Source: a bacterium
GTDB taxonomy: Bacteria; SAR324; NAC60-12
Assembly (NCBI GenBank): GCA_965233585.1
Contig: CBDDTI010000745.1
Location: forward strand, 64,001 to 128,000
Direction of reading: 5' to 3'
DNA length: 64,000 nucleotides
The notes under the pieces are model-generated. The model was not told where the DNA came from and made no database searches. It saw only the letters and a list, made by a program, of their open reading frames with translations. Of the stretch, positions 27,356-37,257 are shown one piece after another. The position numbers were made by a program, and so were the translations under genes. Positions within the stretch are counted from its first letter, which is position 1; every line of letters starts with the position of its first letter.

Positions 27356-30177
27356 AGATAAAGGATAGAAAAATAAGGAATCCCGCTTTGTTCGCTTAAT
27401 CCAATTTCACATGAAATACTGTTAGAAAATCCTTCTTGACACGTTTGGACTTCACCTTTGAGATTGATAAGAGCTTGCTCATTCAATTCAGGATTGAAGA
27501 AGCCTTTGTCTCCCGCAAAACCACAACACGTTACTTCTTTAGGTTCAACAATTTCGCTTGCACAAAGCTGGGCAATATGTCGTAAGTCTTGACCGATTCC
27601 TAGCTTTTGACCACTGCATACATTGTGAAGAGCCACCTTCGTTTGTCTCTTAGTGATTTGAAACTTGTCAAGAAGGAATTTCCTAGCAAATTTAACTGCG
27701 TCATAGATGTTCAAGCGGCTGTCCAAAGTGTTCAACATGGTATAAGTGCAAGGGCTAATATCAACGCAGATTGGATAAACACCCTGATTGGAAGCCACTA
27801 AAAGAGCCTGTTCCAGTTCTTGATATTTGATTGATGCAGCCTCATCAAATCCCTTTGAAGAAAAAGCCATACCACAACAAAGCGATTTTGTATTTTCAGG
27901 ATAAACGACCTCATAATTTGCTTTTTCAAAAAGAGAGTGCATCACCTCTGGTAAGGTTCTTTGGTCTTGATGATAACTTGTAGGAGCAAAGAGCCGAGAA
28001 AGACAACTGGGAAAATAAACGACTTTTTGTGTGTGAAGTGAAGCAGAAATTTTGGGAGTTTTGAAAGGTTGAATCCTGCTACTGGGAGTGTATTGCAAAA
28101 AAACGGGTGATCCTAAATGTTGATGGCTTTTTTGAGTCAGTGCTTTCAAATTTCGCTTTCCTATGACACTAGAAACCAAGTCTATTGTTTTAAGACCTAC
28201 CTTTGCTCCAAAAAGCACAGAACTAAAATTTCTGGCAATCAGTTTTGCTATTTTGTGTTGTGTTGAAGAATGACGTTGTTTTTTGAGAACTTTGATCAAT
28301 TTTCCTGTGTCAATAGAAACTGGGCAGACCGTCTCACAAAGTCCGCAAGTCGCACAAGTGGCATTGCCATCATACTGATAGACTGCATCTAGCTTTTTGA
28401 ATGCTTCTGGGCTGTACTTTGCCTTAAAATCTTCTAGGTAACGATTGATTACAATTCTTTGTCTAGGTGTGAAGGTTAGTTGTTGTGAAGGACAAACCCG
28501 CTCACAAAAACCACATTCAATACATTTATCAATCAAATCGTGGGTGGTGGGCATTTCCTTAAAATTCTTGAGATGGACTTTTTGGTCATCATTCAAGATG
28601 ACACCCGGATTGATGAGATTGTCAGGATCAAAAAGTGCCTTGACTTCTTTCATCAACTGATATGCTTCTTTTCCCCATTCTTGTTCCACAAAACCTGCCA
28701 TATTGCGACCTGTTGAATGCTCGGCTTTGAGAGAACCATTCAGTTTAAGAGTCATTGCAACTACATCTTTTATGAAGGCTTCATAACGTTCTATTTCACT
28801 AGCAATGGTGAAATCTTGACAAATGACAAAATGGACATTCCCATCTAGCACATGACCAATGACGATTCCATTGTTATAGCGATGCTTGACAAACAAATCT
28901 TGTAGTTGTTCTACGCCAGAATTTAATGATTCAATAGGAAAAGCAATGTCTTCAATCAAATAGGTTGTTCCTAGTTTTCTAATCTGACCAAGAGAAGGCA
29001 TGATGCCTTTTCTGATTTTCCAGTAATTTCCATAAATCTTGGCATCTTTTGTAAATTCTATGGGTTGTAAATGGTTCAAACCTTCAAGGTTTTGAGTGAT
29101 AGTTTGAATCTGTTGGTTTAACGTGTCTTGTTGATTAGAAACGGTTTGCACCAATAATGCACAAGCTCCTTCAGGTAATGTTTTAAAATAACTAGGTGCA
29201 ATAGGTTGGTCTTCAGCCGAACGCAGAGCGGAACGATCCATCAATTCTGCGGCATTGACAATGCTTCTGATTGTGTTGAGTTTCTCTGCTGCCAGACAAG
29301 CGGTACTGACAGAATCAAAAATGACCAATGCACTAGCTTTATGAGTGGGTTCATCTACTGTTTCCAAAATCACTTCTAACAAAACTGCTAGAGTTCCTTC
29401 TGCTCCTACAATCAGGTGTTTCAAAATTTCAAAGGGGTCTTCAAAATCAACAAAAGCATTGAGGCTATAACCTGTCGTGTTCTTGATGGCATACTTTCTT
29501 TGAATTTTTTCTTTCAATGGTTGATTCTTCTCAATCCTTTGCGCAATGTCTGCTAATCCTTTTAATAAATGTTGATGAGTTTTTTGAAAAGATGCCTTGC
29601 TGTCTGCATCAGCAGTATCCAAAACACTTCCGTCAGCAAAAGCTAACTTGGCGTCCTTGATTGTCTGATAGCTATTTTGAGTGATTCCACAACACATGCC
29701 ACTGGCATTATTGCTGACAATACCACCAATCATCGCTGAAGCAAGAGAAGCAGGGTCTGGTCCGATTTTCTTCCCTAAAGGAGCTAACAGCTCATTGACA
29801 TATTCGGCTCTCAAACCGGGTTCTAAACGGATCGCTTTGCCTTCTTCTAAAATCTCATAATTTCTAAAGCCCCAATCTAGTGCAATCAAAACCGATTCAC
29901 TCAAGGTTTGACCACTTAAAGATGTTCCACCTGCCTTGATAGTGAAAGGCAAATGAAATTCCAAGGCAGTCTTAATACAGAGCATCAATTCTTTTTGATT
30001 GAGCGGTTTTAGCACAATTTGGGGAGTGATTCTATAAAGCGAAGCATCTGTTCCATACGCCAAAGTATGCACAGGGTCAGAAAAGACGCGTTTTGTGTCC
30101 ATTTGACTACGAATGGACTGTTCAAAATTTTGGTAAGATTGCATTGATTTTGATGAGGTTTCGCGAGCAAGAGACAT
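27322..30177 (-). CDS. FAD-binding and Fe-S-binding oxidoreductase, Fe-S D-lactate dehydrogenase type
   Basis: AGGTSLSGQ, GPDPAS, GGIVSNNASG, SLKAEHSTGRN, two ferredoxin motifs (CIECGFCERVCP, CATCGLCETVCP), CCG domains. Confidence 0.88.
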   Translation of the reverse strand: MSLARETSSKSMQSYQNFEQSIRSQMDTKRVFSDPVHTLAYGTDASLYRITPQIVLKPLNQKELMLCIKTALEFHLPFTIKAGGTSLSGQTLSESVLIALDWGFRNYEILEEGKAIRLEPGLRAEYVNELLAPLGKKIGPDPASLASAMIGGIVSNNASGMCCGITQNSYQTIKDAKLAFADGSVLDTADADSKASFQKTHQHLLKGLADIAQRIEKNQPLKEKIQRKYAIKNTTGYSLNAFVDFEDPFEILKHLIVGAEGTLAVLLEVILETVDEPTHKASALVIFDSVSTACLAAEKLNTIRSIVNAAELMDRSALRSAEDQPIAPSYFKTLPEGACALLVQTVSNQQDTLNQQIQTITQNLEGLNHLQPIEFTKDAKIYGNYWKIRKGIMPSLGQIRKLGTTYLIEDIAFPIESLNSGVEQLQDLFVKHRYNNGIVIGHVLDGNVHFVICQDFTIASEIERYEAFIKDVVAMTLKLNGSLKAEHSTGRNMAGFVEQEWGKEAYQLMKEVKALFDPDNLINPGVILNDDQKVHLKNFKEMPTTHDLIDKCIECGFCERVCPSQQLTFTPRQRIVINRYLEDFKAKYSPEAFKKLDAVYQYDGNATCATCGLCETVCPVSIDTGKLIKVLKKQRHSSTQHKIAKLIARNFSSVLFGAKVGLKTIDLVSSVIGKRNLKALTQKSHQHLGSPVFLQYTPSSRIQPFKTPKISASLHTQKVVYFPSCLSRLFAPTSYHQDQRTLPEVMHSLFEKANYEVVYPENTKSLCCGMAFSSKGFDEAASIKYQELEQALLVASNQGVYPICVDISPCTYTMLNTLDSRLNIYDAVKFARKFLLDKFQITKRQTKVALHNVCSGQKLGIGQDLRHIAQLCASEIVEPKEVTCCGFAGDKGFFNPELNEQALINLKGEVQTCQEGFSNSISCEIGLSEQSGIPYFSILYLLDRCSQAKNA

Positions 30178-30356
30178 ATTTTTGAAATGAAAGAGTTTTG
30201 AAGTTTTAGCAATGATAGGACAATTTTATAAGATTTAAAATATTAAAAAGCTTGACTTTTGATTCAAAATGTTGTAAACATATCAATTACACTCATTTTT
30301 TTGTTAGGCTTGGGGGAGTGTATCTTAATTTTTCAACTTTTTGCAATGGTTTCTAC

Positions 30357-30752
30357 ATGATAAAAATGATTCATTCCATGATTCGGGTCAAAAATCTTGA
30401 AGACTCGGTCAAGTTTTATGAACAGGTCTTGAACTTTAGAGTCAAAGATCGTTTTGACTTTGATGGATTCACTTTGGTGTATCTGGGTGATGAAAGTTCT
30501 CACTTTGAATTAGAATTGACTCACAATCACGATAACACTGAGGGTTATGAATTAGGTACTGCTTACGGGCATCTTGCTGTCACCACAGAAGACTTAGAGC
30601 AGGCTTTTAAAAAAGCTCAAGATTGCGGTGTAGAACCTACACCAATCAAAGAGTTTTTTCGGGAGGGGCAGTTGATGGCAAGATTCTTTTTTGTGCAAGA
30701 CCCTGATGGTTACAAGACAGAAGTTTTGCAACGGCATGGACGCTATGTTTAA
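30357..30752 (+). CDS. VOC-family protein, lactoylglutathione lyase (glyoxalase I)-like
   Basis: HSMIRV..LEDSVKFY, ELELTHN, YGHLAV, FVQDPDGYKTE. Confidence 0.85.
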   Translation: MIKMIHSMIRVKNLEDSVKFYEQVLNFRVKDRFDFDGFTLVYLGDESSHFELELTHNHDNTEGYELGTAYGHLAVTTEDLEQAFKKAQDCGVEPTPIKEFFREGQLMARFFFVQDPDGYKTEVLQRHGRYV

Positions 30753-30814
30753 CGTTCTTTTGGGACTGAACAATTTTTTTTGAAAACTTGATAAACAATT
30801 CATCTAAAGGAGTT

Positions 30815-31312
30815 ATGATGAAAAATCAAACTACTCGTATTGACCGGAGGACTTTTTTCAAAGGTTCGGGTCAGGTCATTGTTGGACTCTCTGCTAGCTC
30901 ATTGATTCCACAGCTAGCTTGGGCAAAAACCGATGAGGTGGAAACTTTAGCTCAATTGATTTTTGAGATGTTTCCCCATCCACAAGTGCCAATGAAATAT
31001 TACAAACAAACGGCTCAAAGTCTTTTTGATCAAGCCAAAGGCAAGTCTGAATTGCAAAAAACACTTGGGCAAGGCATACAAACGGCTCATTCCTTTTATG
31101 GAAAACCTTTTAACACTTTGACTAGCCGTAAGAAAGAATTGGTCATGGATCGCTTACGTCCTACTGATTTTTACAGCACAGTTCGTGGTCATACTGTGGG
31201 CTACTTTTACAACATTCAAGGCGTTTGGTCATACTTCGGTTACGAAGGTTCTTCCTTTGAAAAAGGTGGTTATATTGACCGTGGGCTTGATGATATTTTT
31301 TGGTTGAATTGA
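30815..31312 (+). CDS. Tat-exported small subunit of a GMC dehydrogenase (gluconate 2-DH subunit 3-like)
   Basis: DRRTFFK twin-arginine signal; C-terminal FGYEG.S..KGGY..RG.DDI.W; precedes a GMC flavoprotein. Confidence 0.7.
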   Translation: MMKNQTTRIDRRTFFKGSGQVIVGLSASSLIPQLAWAKTDEVETLAQLIFEMFPHPQVPMKYYKQTAQSLFDQAKGKSELQKTLGQGIQTAHSFYGKPFNTLTSRKKELVMDRLRPTDFYSTVRGHTVGYFYNIQGVWSYFGYEGSSFEKGGYIDRGLDDIFWLN

Positions 31313-31344
31313 AAATACCCTAACACAATACAGAAGGAGAACCC

Positions 31345-32916
31345 ATGAAAAAATTTGATTTGAACAACGGCGATGTTGTAGTGATTATCGGCTCTGGCGC
31401 AGGAGGTGGAACTCTAGCCCATGAGCTTGCAGAACGTGGAATTGATACGATCTGTTTGGAAGCAGGAAAGCATTTGAATTGGCGTACTGATTTTGCCAAT
31501 GATGAATGGGATATGTTTGGAAAAACTGCTTGGTTGGACAAACGTACTACTTCTGGAACTTGGCGAGTGGCTCAAGATTTTCCAAACCTACCTACTTGGA
31601 TTTGTAAAACTGTGGGTGGGTCAACTTTACATTGGGCAGGAGCGAGCTTGAGATTCCAAGAACATGAATTTAAAGCGAGGACGCACTATGGCGATTTGAA
31701 AGGTGCAAATCTTTTGGATTGGCCTATTGAATTGGCAGACTTGGAAAAATACTATACCCGTGCTGAAGATAAAATGGGAGTTACGCGTACTCACAACATT
31801 CCTCCCTTGCCTGAAAGCAACAATTATAAGGTCTTTGAAGCAGGAGCTAAGAAGATGGGCTATAAAAAGGTGCATAATGGCAGAATGGCGATAAACTCTC
31901 AGCCACGAGATGGACGCGGAGCTTGTCGTCAATTAGGATTCTGTTTTCAAGGCTGCCGTATGGGAGCAAAGTGGTCTACACTCTATTCCGAAATTCCCAA
32001 AGCAATCAAGACGGGTCACTTTGAATTGCGTTCAGAAGCTCATGTTTTAAAAATCACACATGATCGTCAAGGCAAGGTGAATGGAGTGATTTATGCGGAC
32101 AGTCAAGGGAAACAACATTTGCAAAAAGCAAAAGTAGTTTCTGTTGCAGCCAATTCTATTGAAAGCCCAAGACTGTTGCTCAATTCTGCTTCTAATATGT
32201 TCCCAAATGGTTTAGCCAATTCATCAGGTCAAGTTGGGAAAAACTACATGAGGCACATGACAGGTTCGGTGTATGCCATTTTTGAAAATCCTGTTCATAT
32301 GTACCGTGGAACGACGATGGCAGGCATCATCACTGATGAATCTAGGCTAGATACCAAACGTGGTTTTGTGGGTGGTTATGAGATGGAAACTCTTTCACTA
32401 GGAGTGCCTTTCATGGCGGCATTTCTCAATCCCGGAGCATCAGGAGCTTACTTTGCTCATCTGATGGACGGTTATGAAAATATGGCTGGAATGTGGTTGG
32501 TCGGAGAAGACATGCCACAAGAAAGCAACCGAATCACCTTGCATGCTACCGAAAAAGATCAGTATGACATGCCTATTCCCAATGTTCACTTTGACGACCA
32601 TCCCAATGATATTGCGATGAGAAATCATGCCTACCGTTCAGGGTCCGGCATTTATCAAGTGTTGGGAGCAAAAGATGTCATTGAAACTCCTCCCTATCCT
32701 TCAACTCACAATTTAGGAACAAATCGTATGTCTAAAAATCCTAGAGATGGCGTGGTGAACCAATGGGGGCAGAGTCATGACATTGACAATTTGTTCATCT
32801 CCGATGGCAGTCAATTCACCACAGGAGCCGCTGAAAATCCTACGCTGACGATTGTTAGTTTGGCAATCAGACAAGCCGAATACCTCAGTGCTGAATTGAA
32901 AAAAGGCAATATCTGA
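31345..32916 (+). CDS. GMC-family oxidoreductase flavoprotein
   Basis: IIGSGAGGG, VGGSTLHW, CRQLGFCFQGC, HNLGTNRM, NPTLTI. Confidence 0.92.
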   Translation: MKKFDLNNGDVVVIIGSGAGGGTLAHELAERGIDTICLEAGKHLNWRTDFANDEWDMFGKTAWLDKRTTSGTWRVAQDFPNLPTWICKTVGGSTLHWAGASLRFQEHEFKARTHYGDLKGANLLDWPIELADLEKYYTRAEDKMGVTRTHNIPPLPESNNYKVFEAGAKKMGYKKVHNGRMAINSQPRDGRGACRQLGFCFQGCRMGAKWSTLYSEIPKAIKTGHFELRSEAHVLKITHDRQGKVNGVIYADSQGKQHLQKAKVVSVAANSIESPRLLLNSASNMFPNGLANSSGQVGKNYMRHMTGSVYAIFENPVHMYRGTTMAGIITDESRLDTKRGFVGGYEMETLSLGVPFMAAFLNPGASGAYFAHLMDGYENMAGMWLVGEDMPQESNRITLHATEKDQYDMPIPNVHFDDHPNDIAMRNHAYRSGSGIYQVLGAKDVIETPPYPSTHNLGTNRMSKNPRDGVVNQWGQSHDIDNLFISDGSQFTTGAAENPTLTIVSLAIRQAEYLSAELKKGNI

Positions 32917-33119
32917 AACCTAATTAGTTTGAAAACATAGCTAAGCCACAATTCAAAGTGGTTTAGCTGTAACAAAGGCTTCGGTATCCCTCTTTAGAGA
33001 CCCTAAGTTTAAAATCCAGATTATTCTTTAGAAAGCCTTGCAATATAAGGATTTTCTTGATATAAGGGTGTTTTATTTGTCCATTGAAGCCAAACAAAGA
33101 ATCATTAAAAGCTAGAATA

Positions 33120-33148
33120 TTGACAGGTTCAAATATGGGGTTTAGGAT
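33120..33148 (+). promoter_or_regulatory. Putative sigma70 promoter
   Basis: TTGACA-17 nt-TAGGAT upstream of the small Cys-rich gene. Confidence 0.45.
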
Positions 33149-33183
33149 ATTTCCTAATAGTTATCAAATCGTAGGTGAACTTT

Positions 33184-33387
33184 ATGGTCAATCTGGAATC
33201 AAAAATGACTTGTCCTCATTGCCAGCATTCAAAAGTAGAAACGATGCCCGAAGACTCTTGCATGTTTTTCTATGAGTGTGAGGCGTGCGAAGAGGTTTTG
33301 CGACCTCTGGAGGGAGACTGCTGTGTTTTTTGCTCGTACGGCAGTGAAAAATGCCCACCAATTCAACTGGGAAATGAGTGTTGTTGA
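33184..33387 (+). CDS. GDCCVxC-domain small metal-binding protein
   Basis: TCPHC...ETMP..SC.FFYECEAC..VLRP..GDCCVFCSYG..KCPPIQ. Confidence 0.85.
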   Translation: MVNLESKMTCPHCQHSKVETMPEDSCMFFYECEACEEVLRPLEGDCCVFCSYGSEKCPPIQLGNECC

Positions 33388-33405
33388 ATATGGTTTCCAA
33401 GCGAA

Positions 33406-33425
33406 GCACTCCTCTGGAGTGCTTG
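33406..33425. terminator. Hairpin between convergent genes
   Basis: aagcactcc-tct-ggagtgctt perfect inverted repeat (edges approximate). Confidence 0.6.
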
Positions 33426-33431
33426 ATGAGG

Positions 33432-33863
33432 TTATTTGACTGTGATGTTTATTTTTTTAGACATCACTGGTTTGCTGTGTGGAATATGGACGAAGTTACC
33501 TAAAAGCAACTGGAGGGTATGCTTTCCTTTGGGAAGTTTCAACATGACTTCTGTTTGACCCTTACCAAAATGTCTGATTTGTTCAGTTGTTGGCAATGGT
33601 GTTGTAAAGTTAACCGTTGAGACATCTACATTGATCAGTAAATGATGATGACCCGTGTCTTCCGCATTCACACCGGCAGGTGCAATTCCCATCCCCTTCA
33701 GACCAAATTGAACTTTGAAGTTTTCACTCACTGTCTGCCCATCTTTCAGGTTGATGAAATAGACCTCTGCCCCTTTGGGAGCTTTTGAGATCAACTCGTT
33801 TCCAAACGCAGTCATTGAAGCAAATCCCATCAAGACAGCGGCAATTATACCAGATTTTTTCAT
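33432..33863 (-). CDS. DUF4399-domain secreted protein
   Basis: Signal peptide; VYFINLKDG, PAG...TGHHHLLI, HFGKGQTE, GKHTLQLLLG; GAGGAG RBS. Confidence 0.85.
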   Translation of the reverse strand: MKKSGIIAAVLMGFASMTAFGNELISKAPKGAEVYFINLKDGQTVSENFKVQFGLKGMGIAPAGVNAEDTGHHHLLINVDVSTVNFTTPLPTTEQIRHFGKGQTEVMLKLPKGKHTLQLLLGNFVHIPHSKPVMSKKINITVK

Positions 33864-34097
33864 ATCTAACTCCTCAAGCATTGCGTCCTATTTATGAAAG
33901 CCAGATTTCCACGGACGTGAACAGAAATCTAACGATTAAAAAACTAGTTCCAGATTATAAGCTATAAATTTAGAAGTCAATAAAAAAATGTTAATACTAC
34001 TTTTTTAACTATCAATTTCAAAACTCCAGACCTCCTTAACTATGGAAAGGATTGACAAGATTTAAAATTCAAGATGAGCGAAGTCAAAAATTTTTGT

Positions 34098-34124
34098 TCA
34101 AGATTTTTGAGCCGATGCCGATAC
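34098..34124 (+). promoter_or_regulatory. Sigma28 (FliA) promoter of flagellin
   Basis: TCAA-N15-GCCGATAC versus consensus TAAA-N15-GCCGATAA, 60 bp upstream of the flagellin ATG. Confidence 0.75.
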
Positions 34125-34184
34125 AAAGACAAAAGGGCAATCAAGCCATTATGAGTCAATCATTCACCAAAGAAGGAGTACATT

Positions 34185-35789
34185 ATGGGAATGAGTATTA
34201 GAAACAACATCTCTTCGTTAAATTCTTTGAGACATACAACAGAGAATTACAAAGGGATCAAAGGAAACATTGAGCGACTAAGCTCTGGATTGAAAATTAA
34301 CCGTGCATCAGATAGTCCTGCAACATTGATTGCATCGGAACGTCTAAGAAGCCAAGTGGTCAGCATGAAACAAGCACTTGAGAATGCAGAAAGCTCTGTG
34401 ACGATGGTGCAAACCGCAGAAGGTGCCTTGAATGAAGTCAGCGCCATGCTAATCAATATCAGACAGCTTGCAGTGCATGCAGCAAATGAAGCCATTAATG
34501 ACCGTGCCATGTTAGCGGCAGACCAAAATGAGATTTCTCATCTGTTGGAGTCTATTGACAGAATTGGGGCAAACACCATGTATAATTCCAACAACTTGTT
34601 AGATGGTAGCAATGGTGCAAGTGGTGTGGCAGTTGGTCCGCATTTGGAGTTCGTGACAGCAACTCCTGATACAGCCACCTCACCTGAAGAAGGCTTTAAA
34701 GTCAACATCACTCAAGTTGCAACACGTGCCAATATTGAAGGCACACAAGCGATTGACCTGAACAACATTGAAAATGGTGTCAAGTTGATTGTCACTGAAA
34801 AAGGAAGAAGTGCTGTTTTAGACACGAGCAAAGGAGATTTGGGAGAAGGGATTCAAAAACTCATCAAGAATGCCAAACTTGACCCACAAACTTTCCCGCC
34901 TGAGGAAGCATCTGTGAAAATCAGAAACATGGTGGCAAGATCACTTCAGAAAAAAATCAACGAAGCGAATATTGAAGTTGATGTGTCTCTCAATGCTCAA
35001 GGATTGATCAAGTTGAGGCATCGTGAGTTTGGAGACGACCCCTCTTTTTCTGCAACAAGTTCTCTTGCTCAAGTGCTTTCTCCAGAGGCAAATGTTGCCA
35101 AGTCTTCTGTACCGGGTAAAGATGTTGAAGGCACAATCAATGGAGAAACCGCACTGGGAGAAGGGCAATTTTTAAATGCAGTAGAAGGCACAACCATTGA
35201 GGGACTCAGCATTCAATATACCCGCACGCTTGGTGATACCGTCAAACCTGTTTTTGACCAATCAGGAAATTTGATGGGAATGGAAACAGTGTCAGAAAGC
35301 AATGCAGAGGTGGCATCTAAACCCATTGAAGGCTATGTGCATGTCAATCAGTCTTCAATCAATTTTCAAATTGGACCACAAGAAAAGCAATTTACACAGC
35401 TTTCTATTGGCTCAACACGAATCAACAAGCTGGCTCGTGGACTCCAAAATAACAGTGGTTTTGAAAGCCTTGAAGATATTGATGTCAGAACGATGCAAGG
35501 CGCCCGTGATGCGATGAAGTTGGTTGACCGTGCGATTGATGAGGTTTCAGACGCCCGTGCAGAATTGGGGTCGTTTCAGAAAAATGCACTGGAAAGCAAC
35601 ATGAACAGCTTGCGTATTGCAGAAGAAAACTTGACCCAAGCAGAGTCAACCATTCGCGATGCTGACATGGCAGAAGAGATGTCAGAACTCACAGGTGGAC
35701 AAATTTTGCTTTCCTCTAGCACCGCCATGCTAGCACAAGCCAATCAAGTACCTCAATCTGTGCTTGGGTTGGTAACAGGTCAGGGATAA
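34185..35789 (+). CDS. fliC: Flagellin
   Basis: IERLSSGLKINRASD, QTAEGALNE; C-terminal RAELGSFQ, AESTIRDADMAEE, AMLAQANQ. Confidence 0.93.
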   Translation: MGMSIRNNISSLNSLRHTTENYKGIKGNIERLSSGLKINRASDSPATLIASERLRSQVVSMKQALENAESSVTMVQTAEGALNEVSAMLINIRQLAVHAANEAINDRAMLAADQNEISHLLESIDRIGANTMYNSNNLLDGSNGASGVAVGPHLEFVTATPDTATSPEEGFKVNITQVATRANIEGTQAIDLNNIENGVKLIVTEKGRSAVLDTSKGDLGEGIQKLIKNAKLDPQTFPPEEASVKIRNMVARSLQKKINEANIEVDVSLNAQGLIKLRHREFGDDPSFSATSSLAQVLSPEANVAKSSVPGKDVEGTINGETALGEGQFLNAVEGTTIEGLSIQYTRTLGDTVKPVFDQSGNLMGMETVSESNAEVASKPIEGYVHVNQSSINFQIGPQEKQFTQLSIGSTRINKLARGLQNNSGFESLEDIDVRTMQGARDAMKLVDRAIDEVSDARAELGSFQKNALESNMNSLRIAEENLTQAESTIRDADMAEEMSELTGGQILLSSSTAMLAQANQVPQSVLGLVTGQG

Positions 35790-35808
35790 ATCCAGATGTA
35801 CTCCTATC

Positions 35809-35840
35809 GGTGAGGGTCTCAAAATCAGGGACTCTCACCA
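35809..35840 (+). terminator. Putative terminator hairpin after flagellin
   Basis: ggtgagggtctc...gggactctcacc stem with G-U pairs, followed by a pyrimidine-rich tract. Confidence 0.45.
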
Positions 35841-35961
35841 CCTCCTTTCAAGTCTTTTATCAAAGACAATCTTTTGAAATCAGAAAGACAATCTTTCTAC
35901 ACCAACTCCCTCAATTTGCTTTTTCTAATTCTTGCTTTGGATTTGATTGCGTTTCATCAAA

Positions 35962-37257
35962 TCAAACTAACTGACCAATCAGTGTCTCGCCCTCTATGCT
36001 AACTAATTGTGTCGCTTTGATTTGCCTTTGAAGACTTTGAGAGTGTCCTTGTTGGAGTTTGACCTTCATGTAGTTATCGGTATATCCATAAAGGCTTCCG
36101 TCAGGTTTGAGACTTTCCCAAAGGACTTGTTTCGTTTGACCCAAAAATTGAGCATAAAACTGGCTTCTCTTGACTTGGCTGAGGTTGCGGAGTTTTAACG
36201 TCCGTTCTTTTTTCACCGATGCAGGAACGGGATTTTCCATGCGTGCGGCTGGTGTACCTCTTCTTTCAGAAAAAGGGAAGACATGAAAATAAGTAAAGGG
36301 CAAAGATTGTAACAAATCAAAAGTTTGCTCAAACTGTTGTTCTGTCTCGTCTGGAAAGCCTGCCATGACGTCAGTTCCAAGTCCCAAATGGGGTACCAAA
36401 GATAAGGCAAGTTGGACTTCTTCAAGATATTCTTTTGAGGAATAACGTCTTTTCATTTTTGTCAAGATGTCATCAGAGCCTGACTGCAAAGGTAAGTGTA
36501 AAAACGGCACAAGATTATGATGCTTGTCAGCCATACGTTCAAAAAGTTCTTGAGGCACTGTTGTTGGTTCAATGGAACTAATCCGAAGCCTTTTGAGGTT
36601 GGGAAGAGAATTTAAAACATCAAGCACATCAAGTAACGTCTTTTCTTCTTCATGGTAGTCTCCAATGTTGACACCTGTTAGCACGACTTCCTGAACACCT
36701 TGTTTGACCAGCTGTTTCGCTTCTGCCAGCAAATCCTGAAAATCTCTTGCACGGCTTCTACCCCTTGAAAAAGGAATGATGCAAAAAGAACACATGAAGT
36801 TACAACCATCTTGCACCTTAAGATGTGCGCGGGTGGTTTGGTGAGGAAAAGAAATGGCAGGCTGAGTGAAGTTTGTTTTGGAAATTTTAGGAACAACAAC
36901 AAGAGTCTTCTCGCGATGAAGAGATTGCTGTAAATAGTTGGCAAGTTGCATTTTTTCAGCATTGCCAAGCACAAGACGCACCCCCTCTATTTCTTGGACA
37001 ACCTTTGCCGCAACCTGTGAATAACAACCAACGACGGCAATCATGGCATTTGGATTTTTACGATGCAAAGAACGAATCCATTGACGATTTTTTGCATCGC
37101 TCAACGACGTGACAGTGCAGGTGTTGATGACGTAGATGTCAGCGGGCGATTCAACAGAAACAAGTTGGTATCCTCGGTTGAGAACACTTTGAATCATGGC
37201 GTCTGTTTCAGAGTGATTCAGACGGCAGCCAAAGGTGTGAAAGGCAATGGTCTGCAT
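35962..37257 (-). CDS. mtaB: tRNA t6A37 methylthiotransferase
   Basis: TFGCRLNHSET, INTCTVT, KVQDGCNFMCSFCIIP..RG, RISSIEP, HVFPFSER.GT.A. Confidence 0.9.
   Translation of the reverse strand: MQTIAFHTFGCRLNHSETDAMIQSVLNRGYQLVSVESPADIYVINTCTVTSLSDAKNRQWIRSLHRKNPNAMIAVVGCYSQVAAKVVQEIEGVRLVLGNAEKMQLANYLQQSLHREKTLVVVPKISKTNFTQPAISFPHQTTRAHLKVQDGCNFMCSFCIIPFSRGRSRARDFQDLLAEAKQLVKQGVQEVVLTGVNIGDYHEEEKTLLDVLDVLNSLPNLKRLRISSIEPTTVPQELFERMADKHHNLVPFLHLPLQSGSDDILTKMKRRYSSKEYLEEVQLALSLVPHLGLGTDVMAGFPDETEQQFEQTFDLLQSLPFTYFHVFPFSERRGTPAARMENPVPASVKKERTLKLRNLSQVKRSQFYAQFLGQTKQVLWESLKPDGSLYGYTDNYMKVKLQQGHSQSLQRQIKATQLVSIEGETLIGQLV

Noticed and set aside
27202..27399. 65-aa plus-strand ORF with repeated LSVLSLRTAVK
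   Set aside because: By-product of the 36-bp duplication, partly antisense to the dehydrogenase gene.
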